Below are positions 46,629-55,945 of a DNA stretch of 64,000 nucleotides, one piece after another. The stretch comes from Candidatus Fermentimicrarchaeum limneticum (lineage in GTDB: Archaea; Micrarchaeota; Micrarchaeia; Burarchaeales; Fermentimicrarchaeaceae). The translations under genes and the position numbers were made by a program. Each line of letters opens with the position of its first letter. Within the stretch, counting starts at the first letter, position 1. The stretch spans positions 794,758 through 858,757 of the forward strand of contig CP058998.1 in the NCBI GenBank assembly GCA_013426015.1, given 5' to 3'. The notes beneath the pieces are model-generated. The model worked only from the letters and a program-made list of their open reading frames with translations. It had not been told where the DNA came from and did not search any database.

Positions 46629-48386
46629 TCACTTCTCTGCCTTGAAAAACTGAACGACGTTTAGGAATATCGCCATAATCACGCATATTGCCAGAAGCAG
46701 AGCCAGCTCCGTCTGGTAGTCAGCAGGAATCTCCGTGGTTGCCGTGACGTTGGCTGGCGGGGTTGTTTCAACAACTGGATTTTCAAAAAGCTCCCTCATC
46801 TGCACCGTGTCGTTGTTAAGATTGTCAGCGTATATTATTAGCAGCATTGCCGAGGGAGCCCCGCCCAGTCCCTTCTTGTTCCTAATGTAGAAGTATTCGG
46901 CATGGTTCCCGTATAGCGCAGCCCACATTCCGTTCCACTGCCAGGATTTGTTGAACTGCTCATCCAGAAAGCTATCCTCATCTGCGCTCTCGTTGAGCAT
47001 CTTTATCGCGCTTATCAGGTAGTCTGAGTCGAATACTGCTGCCACAAAAGAGTCATTCCCCAGCTCGCCTCTTGCAGCCTCGAAACGCCATCCTGCATCA
47101 CCGAAGTCTGCACCTGCAAATGACTTCAGTTTCTCATCAGCCTCCTCTATCCTGCTTGATGCCAATTCCTTCAGATTGGTCTCGTTGACTGGTGTGCCGC
47201 CAATCTTCTCAGCAACGGAAAACATCTCATGCGATACCTGGCACCAGCTATCTGCCGTGAGAAGCTCCTTGAACAGGAACAACGTTGTCTCCTCATCATC
47301 ACTTGAATAGTTCTGCTTCTCTATATCACCAAGCTTCTTCCGTGACCACGCAAGTCTTTCCTCTCCTCCGCCTACCCACTCGAAGTTCTCCTTCGTCATC
47401 TGCGGCTTCTCCGCAGTTTTTATGCAGTTCCCAACATCAAGCATGCGGCTTTTCAGCCCTTTGTAGGTGATGTTACTCTCATTAAGGAAGTTCAGGTTTA
47501 TCCTTATCAGGAATGCAGAGTTTGCCCCACTGTACGGATAGTTTGACTCCACTGCATCCGCTGCCTGCTCCAGGTCACTCTCGATTGCATCAAGGAAATA
47601 GGAAAACTCGCTTCGGTTCTGCTTCGTCAGCTTCTCAAGAATCGCCGCATTTCCATCCATAATCTTCGTAGCCAGCTGCTTGAACTCCTGCAGGTAGCAG
47701 CTGGTGCAGTTAATATTCGTCCTGGGCATGCTAGTCTTAATCGTTGGTTTGGTTTCCATCACGTTGCTTTGCAAAGTCACGCTCTCTGGGGTGAACGCCA
47801 GCTCGGCCGCATCTGTTATATTGCTGGCCTCGATTATGGAGATGTTCCATCTCTGCCCCAGTATGCTGAATACCATTTTGTCGAACATGTCGTAATTCTT
47901 CGGTATGAGTATTACTTTCATACCTCCGAGAACTGCCGCTTGGGTCTTCTTCCCAACTTCCCCCACTTCACCTATGGATCCGTCCTTCTCAATTGTTCCG
48001 GTCATTGTCAGGTCTCCCCTCACTGTCTTGTTTTCCAAGAGCGAGAGCATGAGCAGCGTCATTGCAGCTCCTCCGCTTGGGCCGTCAACCGACTTTGCTC
48101 CTCCATAGTCATGCAGGTTCACAAGCATATCATATTTGCTTGTATTCACCCCTGCCAGCCCCCCTGCAACATTGAATGCAATTCTAGCCGAGCTCTGCGT
48201 CTGTATTCCAACAAGAGGTTCTGTGGATATGTAAACCTGCCCGCTACCCTGTTTCATCTCAATGTCCAACTTTACGAGCTCTCCCCCTCCGAGAGTTACA
48301 ACCGCAGGAACCGGCATTGTGGCGGTCCTTGCAGGTATGGGGAGCGCTAGAAGCAGGAGCACCAGGACGATAACCAACTTTCTCAT
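46629..48386 (-). CDS. secreted, membrane-anchored Lon-like (S16) Ser-Lys protease without ATPase domain
   Basis: Signal peptide MRKLVIVLVLLLLALP, VDGPSGG (Ser), MTGTI, VGEVGKK (Lys), helical region, P/T linker, C-terminal TM. The ORF-track start lies inside a tRNA, so the start is placed at ATG 48386. Confidence 0.85.
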   Translation of the reverse strand: MRKLVIVLVLLLLALPIPARTATMPVPAVVTLGGGELVKLDIEMKQGSGQVYISTEPLVGIQTQSSARIAFNVAGGLAGVNTSKYDMLVNLHDYGGAKSVDGPSGGAAMTLLMLSLLENKTVRGDLTMTGTIEKDGSIGEVGEVGKKTQAAVLGGMKVILIPKNYDMFDKMVFSILGQRWNISIIEASNITDAAELAFTPESVTLQSNVMETKPTIKTSMPRTNINCTSCYLQEFKQLATKIMDGNAAILEKLTKQNRSEFSYFLDAIESDLEQAADAVESNYPYSGANSAFLIRINLNFLNESNITYKGLKSRMLDVGNCIKTAEKPQMTKENFEWVGGGEERLAWSRKKLGDIEKQNYSSDDEETTLFLFKELLTADSWCQVSHEMFSVAEKIGGTPVNETNLKELASSRIEEADEKLKSFAGADFGDAGWRFEAARGELGNDSFVAAVFDSDYLISAIKMLNESADEDSFLDEQFNKSWQWNGMWAALYGNHAEYFYIRNKKGLGGAPSAMLLIIYADNLNNDTVQMRELFENPVVETTPPANVTATTEIPADYQTELALLLAICVIMAIFLNVVQFFKAEK

Positions 48387-48399
48387 CTTCTCACTCAAG

Positions 48400-48472
48400 T
48401 GCGGCCGCCGGGATTTGAACCCGGCTCGCGAGCTTGGCAAGCTCGAGTCCTACCAGGCTAGACTACAGCCGC
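48400..48472 (-). tRNA. tRNA-Gly(GCC)
   Basis: Reverse complement gives a cloverleaf with anticodon arm CGAGC-TTGCCAA-GCTCG. Confidence 0.96.
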
Positions 48473-48475
48473 ATA

Positions 48476-48549
48476 TGCCGTGAGCCGGATTTGAACCGGC
48501 AACCATCCGGTCTTCAGCCGGATGCTCTCCCAGGTTGAGCTACCACGGC
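48476..48549 (-). tRNA. tRNA-Phe(GAA)
   Basis: Anticodon arm TCCGG-CTGAAGA-CCGGA; T loop TTCAAAT. Confidence 0.96.
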
Positions 48550-48595
48550 GCAACATTATTTTTCTCAGCTAGATTTAATAACTCTTTATTTAAAG

Positions 48596-48698
48596 TGGGC
48601 CCGCCCGGGATCGAACCGGGAGTTTTCACCGTGTAAGGGTTACGCGGAAGTTGAGTCAAACAAGCTTCCTTGACGTCTTACCATTCGACCACGGGCCC
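48596..48698 (-). tRNA. tRNA-Val(TAC) with a 31-nt intron at 29/30 (48640-48670)
   Basis: Removing the intron gives TCACC-CTTACAC-GGTGA; BHB central helix ACGT/GCGT with 3-nt bulges. Confidence 0.9.
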
Positions 48699-48780
48699 AG
48701 TGCATTTATATACTGCCTCCAAATATTATCAAGTTTTAGTTTAAAATATGTTAGTGTTTATATGTAATAAAGGTGGGTGT

Positions 48781-49461
48781 ATGAAACAAGCAAAAAAATC
48801 GTTGACTGCAAAGGAGTTTCTTCTTATCGCTATCATAGCATTTTTATGTTTTATTATCTTGCCAGTATCATTTAAGTACACAATAGGAGGTATTGGAGTT
48901 CTTGTAATCTGTATGGTGCTGCCAATAGGAATTTTATTATATTTTTTGTTAAAAGCAATTCAAACCCCGACACCACGTAACATTATGGTGGCGATTGCAT
49001 TGGTTCTGCTCTTTGCATTTTACATTTGGATAAGTACCCCAAATGTTCCTACTCCGGCACAGTGCACCTTCCCTACTGGTATTTTATGCGTGACATCCAA
49101 GCTGTCTGCAGGAACAGGTAAACTCACTCTTGAGATTGGTCAAGGAACGGGTCATAGGATCATAGTGACTGGCGTTTCTTGCACGAAGAACACCAGTTGG
49201 GAGTATGCGACAAATTCTTTCATTGACTATGAACCTGATACCAATGTGACAATAGAATCGAGAAGCATGGCTTATGTGGCGAAAGAAGACAGCTCTGGCG
49301 GCATTGCTAACGTGACATGCACTGATCAAAACGGAGCTGCGCTTACAAGTACGAATATAGGTGCTCGGTACAATGGAAAGATATACATCAACTACACAGA
49401 AGCAGATACCAACATCCAGAGAATTGTTGTTGGAACATTTTCGGTAAGGTTTGAAGCTTAA
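48781..49461 (+). CDS. membrane protein with three N-terminal TM helices and a C-terminal pilin-like domain
   Basis: C-terminal domain is colinear with 58707 and 59227 (C-x-F, GQGTGH-x-I, SCT, GKIYI); AT-rich 5' half. Confidence 0.75.
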   Translation: MKQAKKSLTAKEFLLIAIIAFLCFIILPVSFKYTIGGIGVLVICMVLPIGILLYFLLKAIQTPTPRNIMVAIALVLLFAFYIWISTPNVPTPAQCTFPTGILCVTSKLSAGTGKLTLEIGQGTGHRIIVTGVSCTKNTSWEYATNSFIDYEPDTNVTIESRSMAYVAKEDSSGGIANVTCTDQNGAALTSTNIGARYNGKIYINYTEADTNIQRIVVGTFSVRFEA

Positions 49462-49468
49462 TCGTGTA

Positions 49469-50872
49469 TCACGCCACTTCTTTGGCATCCCCTCTCTCAA
49501 TCTTTCCCCCATACTCGCTCATGCCGGCTCTCCACCACGAACCGTATCTCTCATTGACCTGCTCCTCGATGCTCCTCCCCCTCTTTATCGCAGCTTCAAC
49601 ATGCTTCTTCTCTATGAATTCGCTTCCATCAATACAGGCAAGGTCGCCTGCAAGCTTTATTATCCCGCTGATGCTCCTGAGACGCAGTGTCAAACCGGAA
49701 GCATTATCCACCAGCCTTGCCCTTTTTCTCGCCTCTTCTATTAATGCAAGAATTGCCTCTGCATTTGCATGTGGTATCCTGCCGTCTTTCACAATCTCCT
49801 GCGCTATGAACTGCACCATCTTGTCCCTGTTCTCCTCGTTGTCCTCCATGTGTGTTTTCAGGAGCACCTCATACCCGTTTCCCGCTATCCTTGACCTGAG
49901 AGGCGGAAGTAGAGAGGGCAAATCGCTCATGTTCAATGCAGCCACAAGTATGAAATCGCTTGGGACCCCATCCACTCTCACGGAAGCGCCTGTGCTTGAT
50001 GCATTCCTGCCCGTTATGGGGAACTTCTTCTCCTGCATTGCTGTGAGTATGTAGCGCTGCAGGTAATTCAGATTGGCTATTTCATCTATGAAGAGCACCC
50101 CCTCATGAGCTTCGTGGATTGCGCCGGGAAGCACCCTCATATAAGGCAGCACTCCGACTTCAGGATGCCCTCCGTAGGGATCATGTCTCACATCGCCAAG
50201 CAGCTCTGTTTCAGATGCGCCGGTTGCCTGCACGAACGTATTCCTCTTCAAGAGGATGATGACCTTGCGGGGCTTCATTTCGGAATCGACAACCTTTGTC
50301 AGTGATTTCTGGTCATACACTCTTACCTTGTCTCCATCTGCCTTCTCGTAAACCATCATCTCCTCCTTTCCGTCAGGGCATTTCCTTATCGCATAAACCC
50401 TCTCGTTCGTCTTTGCCCCCTTGCTGGAGACGAGATCTTCAAATGGTGTCAGACCCTTCGTCTGCTTGTCAGAGCCGCACTTGGGACAGAGATACGTTGT
50501 TGAACTGAGGCCTCCGCAGACATTGCATTTGCAGCCCAGCCTCTCCGCAACATATTTCGGCACCCTTGATAGCGGGACGAGTATCCCTTCCTCCTTTCCG
50601 TAGCAGGGCTTGAACTGCCTCACGTCAAGGATAGGTCTTTCGGGGTTTGAGAAGTTGTGAAGCACAGCTACTTCCTGCTTTGGCGGCGGTATGAGACGTG
50701 CCAGCGACTGGGCTATCATGCTTTTTCCAGTCCCGGGCGGACCAACAAGAAGAAGATGTCTCCTCTGTCTTGAGGCAATCTTGGCTGCCTCAACAGCGTC
50801 ACTCTGTCCTATTATCATCTCAAGCGGATCCTTAGGCAGAGCAACTTCTTTTGTGCTCTCCGGTAGGTCCAT
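49469..50872 (-). CDS. LonB-like AAA+ ATPase lacking the protease domain
   Basis: [31 protein letters not shown], all matching LonB at 23435; ends after the AAA lid; CNVC...CPKC insertion. Confidence 0.85.
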   Translation of the reverse strand: MDLPESTKEVALPKDPLEMIIGQSDAVEAAKIASRQRRHLLLVGPPGTGKSMIAQSLARLIPPPKQEVAVLHNFSNPERPILDVRQFKPCYGKEEGILVPLSRVPKYVAERLGCKCNVCGGLSSTTYLCPKCGSDKQTKGLTPFEDLVSSKGAKTNERVYAIRKCPDGKEEMMVYEKADGDKVRVYDQKSLTKVVDSEMKPRKVIILLKRNTFVQATGASETELLGDVRHDPYGGHPEVGVLPYMRVLPGAIHEAHEGVLFIDEIANLNYLQRYILTAMQEKKFPITGRNASSTGASVRVDGVPSDFILVAALNMSDLPSLLPPLRSRIAGNGYEVLLKTHMEDNEENRDKMVQFIAQEIVKDGRIPHANAEAILALIEEARKRARLVDNASGLTLRLRSISGIIKLAGDLACIDGSEFIEKKHVEAAIKRGRSIEEQVNERYGSWWRAGMSEYGGKIERGDAKEVA

Positions 50873-50929
50873 AATATACTTTTGTTCCTATGTTTTTATA
50901 TCACTTTTGAAAAAAGAAATAAAAAGAAA

Positions 50930-52168
50930 TCAGAATTTGGTTGAGATCAGCATCTCCTCGGGTTTTCGGAAGATGTTGCCCATCTTCACTCCAAGCAACA
51001 CCTTTGCGCCCTTGCCCTCTGCCAAATCGACAAGCCTCTGAGTGATTATTCCATCAAGGACAATCGCATATACCGGAGCGGAGTCTGTCAGCGTCTTTAT
51101 CAAATCCCTAACAGGCACCTCATACTTCAGCGCGAGCTGCTCGTCGTAAATCCTTGTCCTGAGAGTGTTCTCCAGCTCGTTCAGACTGGTGAGCAGCATC
51201 TGCGGTGGCTCCACTTCTGTACTGATTTTCGTTATGTCCTGCAGCGCTGACTCCTCAGCCGGAGGTTTCTCTTCATGTCTTGGCGGGTAACGCCTTTCCT
51301 GGTATTCCTGCCTTGGGGGGTACGACTCCTCTGCCTTTTGCTTTGCGTTGTCAACCTGCTCCACCGGAACCTTGCTTCTCAGGCATTTTATTATCTCCTT
51401 CCTGGCGAGCTCCTCAACCTCCTTCCCTGCTGGCGCTCTTGCTATGTAGTCTATCTCGGCAACCTGCGACAGCTCCTTCAGGATTATATCACCACCCCTG
51501 TCACCATCCAGGAAGACGGTCACTTCCTTCTCCCTGCACAGGTTGGCAAGCGTCTTCGGCACGTTTGCCCCTCCTACTGCAATGACGTTGTTTATGTCGT
51601 TCTTCAGCAGGTTTATCACATCAGCTCTGCCCTCCACTATTATTATTGAGTCGTATGTTGTGATATTTGGGCCGCTCGGCAGCTTCTCAGAACCGTATTC
51701 TGAGACTCCGGCGGTCTTCACCTCCTGCCTCACGAGCTGGGATATCTCCCTGCTTTCCGGTATCTCAGTGGTGAGCAGCGTCTTCAGCAGAGACTTCGCC
51801 CTGTCAACGACCGTCTTCCTCTTGACGCTCCTAGTGTCCTCTATCTTCTCCACATTCACCCTCGCATCGCAGGGGCCTACCCGGTCAACTGTCTCCAATG
51901 CAGCCCCCAGTATGCTCGTCTCAACCATGTCCAAAGAGGATGGGAGTAGTATCCTCCCGACGCTCTTGCCTCCCCTCGCCTGCAGGTCCACCTCTATCCT
52001 GCCTATCCTGCCGTTCTTCTGCAGCTCCCTCAGGTCAAGCTCGTCACCTAAAAGACCTTCAGTCTGACCGAAGACTGCTCCAACTACGTCAGGCTTCTCA
52101 ACAAGCCCGCCTATCTCAATGTTTGCGTAAATTACATACTTCACAGTGTCAATGTACATCTTAGCCAT
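50930..52168 (-). CDS. dnaG: archaeal DnaG (exosome-associated, TOPRIM)
   Basis: DVVGAVFGQTEGLLG, VEGRADV, FLDGDRGG, DGIITQRL. Confidence 0.95.
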   Translation of the reverse strand: MAKMYIDTVKYVIYANIEIGGLVEKPDVVGAVFGQTEGLLGDELDLRELQKNGRIGRIEVDLQARGGKSVGRILLPSSLDMVETSILGAALETVDRVGPCDARVNVEKIEDTRSVKRKTVVDRAKSLLKTLLTTEIPESREISQLVRQEVKTAGVSEYGSEKLPSGPNITTYDSIIIVEGRADVINLLKNDINNVIAVGGANVPKTLANLCREKEVTVFLDGDRGGDIILKELSQVAEIDYIARAPAGKEVEELARKEIIKCLRSKVPVEQVDNAKQKAEESYPPRQEYQERRYPPRHEEKPPAEESALQDITKISTEVEPPQMLLTSLNELENTLRTRIYDEQLALKYEVPVRDLIKTLTDSAPVYAIVLDGIITQRLVDLAEGKGAKVLLGVKMGNIFRKPEEMLISTKF

Positions 52169-52589
52169 TCAAATCACCTTCAACCTTTTTTTCAAATTCC
52201 TCAAGCTTCCTGTCAATCTCCTCGAAGTTGTAGACCCCGAGCAGATAGCGAAACTTCCTTCTCATCTCCGTGTTTGGAAGCACGCTGTATGAACGCAGCG
52301 CCTCCTCAACTCTCTTGCACAGCCTCTCTCCTGCCGCATCGAAATCGGTGAGAATCACCGCCTCACCAGCAGTCCTTGAGATTCTCTCGCACAGCCTGTC
52401 CGGGCTCATGTTTATCAGGAATATCCTGTTCTTCACCCCTATGCGCTCGAGAGCCTCCCTGTCCCTCTTTCCTTCAACGAGGATCACGGCTCCGCTTTCC
52501 CCGAGTTCCCTCAAGGTTCTTTTCAGGAACTTCTGCTTTCTCTGAAGCCTCCTCATTGCCAGAGGGCTGAATTTCTTCACTTTCGTCAC
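52161..52589 (-). CDS. small TOPRIM-domain protein (UPF0292-like)
   Basis: ILVEGKRDREAL, ILTDFDAAG. Confidence 0.88.
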   Translation of the reverse strand: MTKVKKFSPLAMRRLQRKQKFLKRTLRELGESGAVILVEGKRDREALERIGVKNRIFLINMSPDRLCERISRTAGEAVILTDFDAAGERLCKRVEEALRSYSVLPNTEMRRKFRYLLGVYNFEEIDRKLEEFEKKVEGDLNG

Positions 52590-52729
52590 TTGATGCTACT
52601 CGTAAGGTAACGGAGAAGAAGAGTAGAAGTGTACTGTGCAATGTTGACCGAAGTTCATCGATCGGCTTTCTCCATCAGCCATCCTTTGCACAGCGGTTGT
52701 ATTTTGAACAAACTCCTATATAAACCTGA

Positions 52730-53284
52730 TTAAACTGACTCCTCTTCGATGCACTCCTCGCATGCAAGCTTCCCACCGCTCTTCTTCAGTGTTTCTGAGT
52801 AGTTGCCGCATATCTCGCACTGACCCGAAGTAACCTCAGAAGCGCCAAAACGCTCTATGGCCGTTCTCTCCCTTATTATGTCATAAAGCCCCGGGGATAT
52901 CTTGACTATGTCCGTCTCTCCGATTATTCCCAAAAGCTTTCCCTTTTCGCTTATCACCGGCAACCTCTTTACCCCTTCGTCTCTCAGTATCTCAGCAACC
53001 TTCTCTATCTTTTCATCAGGACCTATCACCTTCAGTTTGGAGTGCATTACCTCCTTCATAAGAGTCTTTCGTGGGTCTCGGCCCTCTGCGACTACCTTGT
53101 AGGTTATGTCGCCCTCGGTCACTATCCCGATAGGAGCGTCATCTTTCACAATGATAACTGAACCTATGTGATTTTCTCTCATGAGTTTCGCTGCTTCCAT
53201 CACTGTGTTTTCTTCCTTGAGGGTCACGACTCCCTTCTTCATGCAGTCTCCTACTCTTATTTCCTTTACCTTCATGTTAGTCAT
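52730..53284 (-). CDS. CBS-pair protein with C-terminal zinc ribbon
   Basis: Two CBS repeats (IGIVTEGDI, LLGIIGETDI); CEICG...CEEC. Confidence 0.9.
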   Translation of the reverse strand: MTNMKVKEIRVGDCMKKGVVTLKEENTVMEAAKLMRENHIGSVIIVKDDAPIGIVTEGDITYKVVAEGRDPRKTLMKEVMHSKLKVIGPDEKIEKVAEILRDEGVKRLPVISEKGKLLGIIGETDIVKISPGLYDIIRERTAIERFGASEVTSGQCEICGNYSETLKKSGGKLACEECIEEESV

Positions 53285-53331
53285 TTTGCACTAGCAATTT
53301 TATAAAACTTCTCAGAGCAGTTTATAATGGT

Positions 53332-53718
53332 GTGGATTTGCTGAGATACGCAAAGGGAGCAAGGAGCGAGAGGGAGCTCATCTCGCTATTCTGCGAGAGA
53401 GGATTTTCAGTAATAAGGGCTGCCGGGAGTGGAGTGAGCTCGCTCTGCCCGGACATACTCGTTTTCAGGAAAGGGGTGCAGTACGCGTTTGAATGCAAGG
53501 CATGGGAATCCGGAAGCCTGAGCATAGAGAGAGACAAATTCAGGGTGTTGAAGGACTGGGAGAACAACACCGGCATAACCACATTCATAGCATGGAGGAT
53601 TGGCAGGGTTGGCTGGAGGTTCGTCTACCTTGATGAGCTGGAGGAGAACCCCAAGAGCTACACCATAACGATGAAGAGGACTCTGGCAATAGACAGGGGG
53701 CTGGAAAGGCTGCTGTGA
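53332..53718 (+). CDS. hjc: archaeal Holliday junction resolvase
   Basis: KGARSEREL, GFSVIRAAGSG, PDI, FECK. Confidence 0.92.
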   Translation: MDLLRYAKGARSERELISLFCERGFSVIRAAGSGVSSLCPDILVFRKGVQYAFECKAWESGSLSIERDKFRVLKDWENNTGITTFIAWRIGRVGWRFVYLDELEENPKSYTITMKRTLAIDRGLERLL

Positions 53719-53756
53719 GAGTTATGTTTTTTAATGAGGGCGGGTAATAACTAACG

Positions 53757-54152
53757 GTGGATGTAATGAAGGAACTTCTCGTGCTTGCAAAGGACAGAAT
53801 AGGCCTGCTGGCCGACCTTTCATACGCGCTTGGGCAGGAGAACGTTAACATAGAATCCATTTCTGCCGACACGATGGGAGACAAGGCAGTGATACATTTG
53901 GTGGTATCGGATGAGAAGAAGGGCAAGGAGATTCTTGAGAGAAGAGGTTTCATAGTCCTGAGCTCAGACGCGATGGTGGTTAAGGTGATAGATCGGCCGG
54001 GCGAACTTGCAAAGGTTGCCAGAACGCTGTCTGATGCGAAGGTAAACATAAAGAATGTCCAGCTTGTCACGAAGGAGAGGAACATCGCACTCTATCTGTT
54101 CAGAGTGGACAACGTGAAGAAGGCGTCAAGTCTGCTCAAGGGTTATATGTGA
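53757..54152 (+). CDS. tandem ACT-domain protein
   Basis: DRIGLLADLS...VNI and DRPGELAKVA...VNI. Confidence 0.88.
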   Translation: MDVMKELLVLAKDRIGLLADLSYALGQENVNIESISADTMGDKAVIHLVVSDEKKGKEILERRGFIVLSSDAMVVKVIDRPGELAKVARTLSDAKVNIKNVQLVTKERNIALYLFRVDNVKKASSLLKGYM

Positions 54153-54156
54153 TGCA

Positions 54157-54636
54157 ATGAGAAAGCTAAGGTCTTTTCCTTCTCAGGGCAGGAATTCCCT
54201 TCTCAAGTGGTACAGGGCAAAGAATCCTTTCAGGGTTATCTTCAACTTCCTTTTGATATACGCCGCCAGGTATATGCCTTCGCTGAGCGTGAAGAGATTC
54301 CTCTACAGACTGACCGGTATGAAGGTTGGGAAGGATGTTGCTGTCGGCTTGGGGGCTGTCTTCGACATATTCTTCCCCGAGCTTATAGAGATTGGCGACA
54401 ACTGCATAATCGGATATGGAGTTACTCTGCTGGCACATGAGTTCCTCATTGATGAGTGGAGGGTTGGGGAGGTAAGGATTGGGAAGAACGTGCTCATAGG
54501 GGCTAACTCCACAGTGCTCGCGGGTGTCACAATAGGCAGCAACTCCCAGATATCCGCATGCTCGCTCGTGAACAGGGACATCCCCCCTAATTCGTTCTAT
54601 GCTGGAATCCCAGCAAGAAAAGTGAGAGCGGTTTGA
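54157..54636 (+). CDS. hexapeptide-repeat acyltransferase
   Basis: IEIGDNCIIG, IGKNVLIGANSTVLAGVTIG, GIPAR. Confidence 0.88.
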   Translation: MRKLRSFPSQGRNSLLKWYRAKNPFRVIFNFLLIYAARYMPSLSVKRFLYRLTGMKVGKDVAVGLGAVFDIFFPELIEIGDNCIIGYGVTLLAHEFLIDEWRVGEVRIGKNVLIGANSTVLAGVTIGSNSQISACSLVNRDIPPNSFYAGIPARKVRAV

Positions 54637-55313
54637 TGGAGAAGAGCCTTTTTGTTTTCTCATTTATAGTTGCGGTGAATATTCTTGGGATGCTTTACGG
54701 TTATTACTATTACAAGGAGCAGCTGTCCTCCTCCCCACTGTATCTCTGGATTTTCATACCCGACTGCCCCCTCTATGTGATGCTGTTCACAGCTGTTCTC
54801 ATCCTGACCGTCCTTGGCGTTGAGTGCGAACTGCTCAGCTACATTGCCGCTGTTGGGATGATGAAGTACGGTATTTGGACGGTGCTTGCGTTGCTGATGT
54901 TTGGGGATTATTTCTTCTATGGCTCGCTCCTGCTGACCTCCTCAGCCCTGTTCGTCCTGCACATCGGCATGTTTGCAGAAGGGCCGTTGCTCATCCCAAG
55001 AAAGCTGAACAGAAATTATCTCATTGCAGGCCTGCTTTGGTTCCTTGCAAATGATTATGTTGACTACTTCTATGTCTACCTGAATAGGTTTGGGGAGTAT
55101 GTAGTTGGAACGCGCCCGCTTCTCCCTGCGCCTGAGAGGATGCCTCTGATGATGGTGGTTACCGTAATGCTAACCTTACTGATGTGCATATCCGCCTATC
55201 TCTTTTCGTCAAGCAGCTGGGGCTGGCCATTCAGGAAGGAGGTTGAGGAAGCGGCCGATTATTTTCAGAATACAAGGGAGAAGAGGAACGGCAGAAGGAG
55301 GAGAAAGAGGTAG
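54636..55313 (+). CDS. DUF1405-family membrane protein
   Basis: GYYYYKEQL, FIPDCP, KYGIWT, H...E, NDYVDY. Confidence 0.8.
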   Translation: MEKSLFVFSFIVAVNILGMLYGYYYYKEQLSSSPLYLWIFIPDCPLYVMLFTAVLILTVLGVECELLSYIAAVGMMKYGIWTVLALLMFGDYFFYGSLLLTSSALFVLHIGMFAEGPLLIPRKLNRNYLIAGLLWFLANDYVDYFYVYLNRFGEYVVGTRPLLPAPERMPLMMVVTVMLTLLMCISAYLFSSSSWGWPFRKEVEEAADYFQNTREKRNGRRRRKR

Positions 55314-55945
55314 TCCATCGCAGCAAGCTTCAGCTCGACTGCCACATGTATGTTTTCCGGGTCAAAACCACGCGATTCGAGGGATACCGCAAGCTCCATA
55401 GCACGTTTCAGGGAGGAGTGCAGCAGTGGGACTATCAGCGGGATGGGGAGCGACAGGGGTGTCAGCCCGTATCCCCTCAGGGCCTGCGAAACTCTTATCC
55501 TGTTCAGCTCCTCCTGCATTACCGGCAGGAAACGTATGGATATCATGAGGGTGAAGGCAAGCTCGCTCGGGAATTTGAAGAAGACGAGCGCCTGGAGAAT
55601 GGAGCTGATCTCGGTCGTATACAAATCAAGCAGAGAGATCAGTATGATGTTCAGCAGGAAGAGGGACACAGCAATTCCGCGGTATATCCCTGTCTGCGGG
55701 TTTATGAGCAGGTGTAGCAGAATGGGAATGACGACAAACAGCCAACCCCTCCCCAAATCCCTGCATGGCTGGGAAAGCGGTATGCCGCTGAGCTGATAGA
55801 GAAGGAGCGTTATCAGTGACATTACCACCAGCACTCCGAGATTCTGTTTCGTGACAAGTATGAAGAGCAGAAATACGAGATAGATGATTTTGACTCTTGC
55901 ATCAGTCCTGTGAACCAGCGAATTGCCAGGTATGAACGCTATCAT
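55265..55945 (-). CDS. ecfT: ECF transporter T component (EcfT/CbiQ)
   Basis: HRTDARVK, RFLP, SQALRG, LESRGF. Start ATG 55945 overlaps the upstream stop. Confidence 0.9.
   Translation of the reverse strand: MIAFIPGNSLVHRTDARVKIIYLVFLLFILVTKQNLGVLVVMSLITLLLYQLSGIPLSQPCRDLGRGWLFVVIPILLHLLINPQTGIYRGIAVSLFLLNIILISLLDLYTTEISSILQALVFFKFPSELAFTLMISIRFLPVMQEELNRIRVSQALRGYGLTPLSLPIPLIVPLLHSSLKRAMELAVSLESRGFDPENIHVAVELKLAAMDYLFLLLLPFLFSLVF

Noticed and set aside
52660-52682. Hammerhead ribozyme or fluoride riboswitch (CTGATGG...GAAA)
   Set aside because: Lacks stem II and the exact CUGANGA core, and lacks the fluoride pseudoknot pairing; kept only as a generic structured-RNA candidate.
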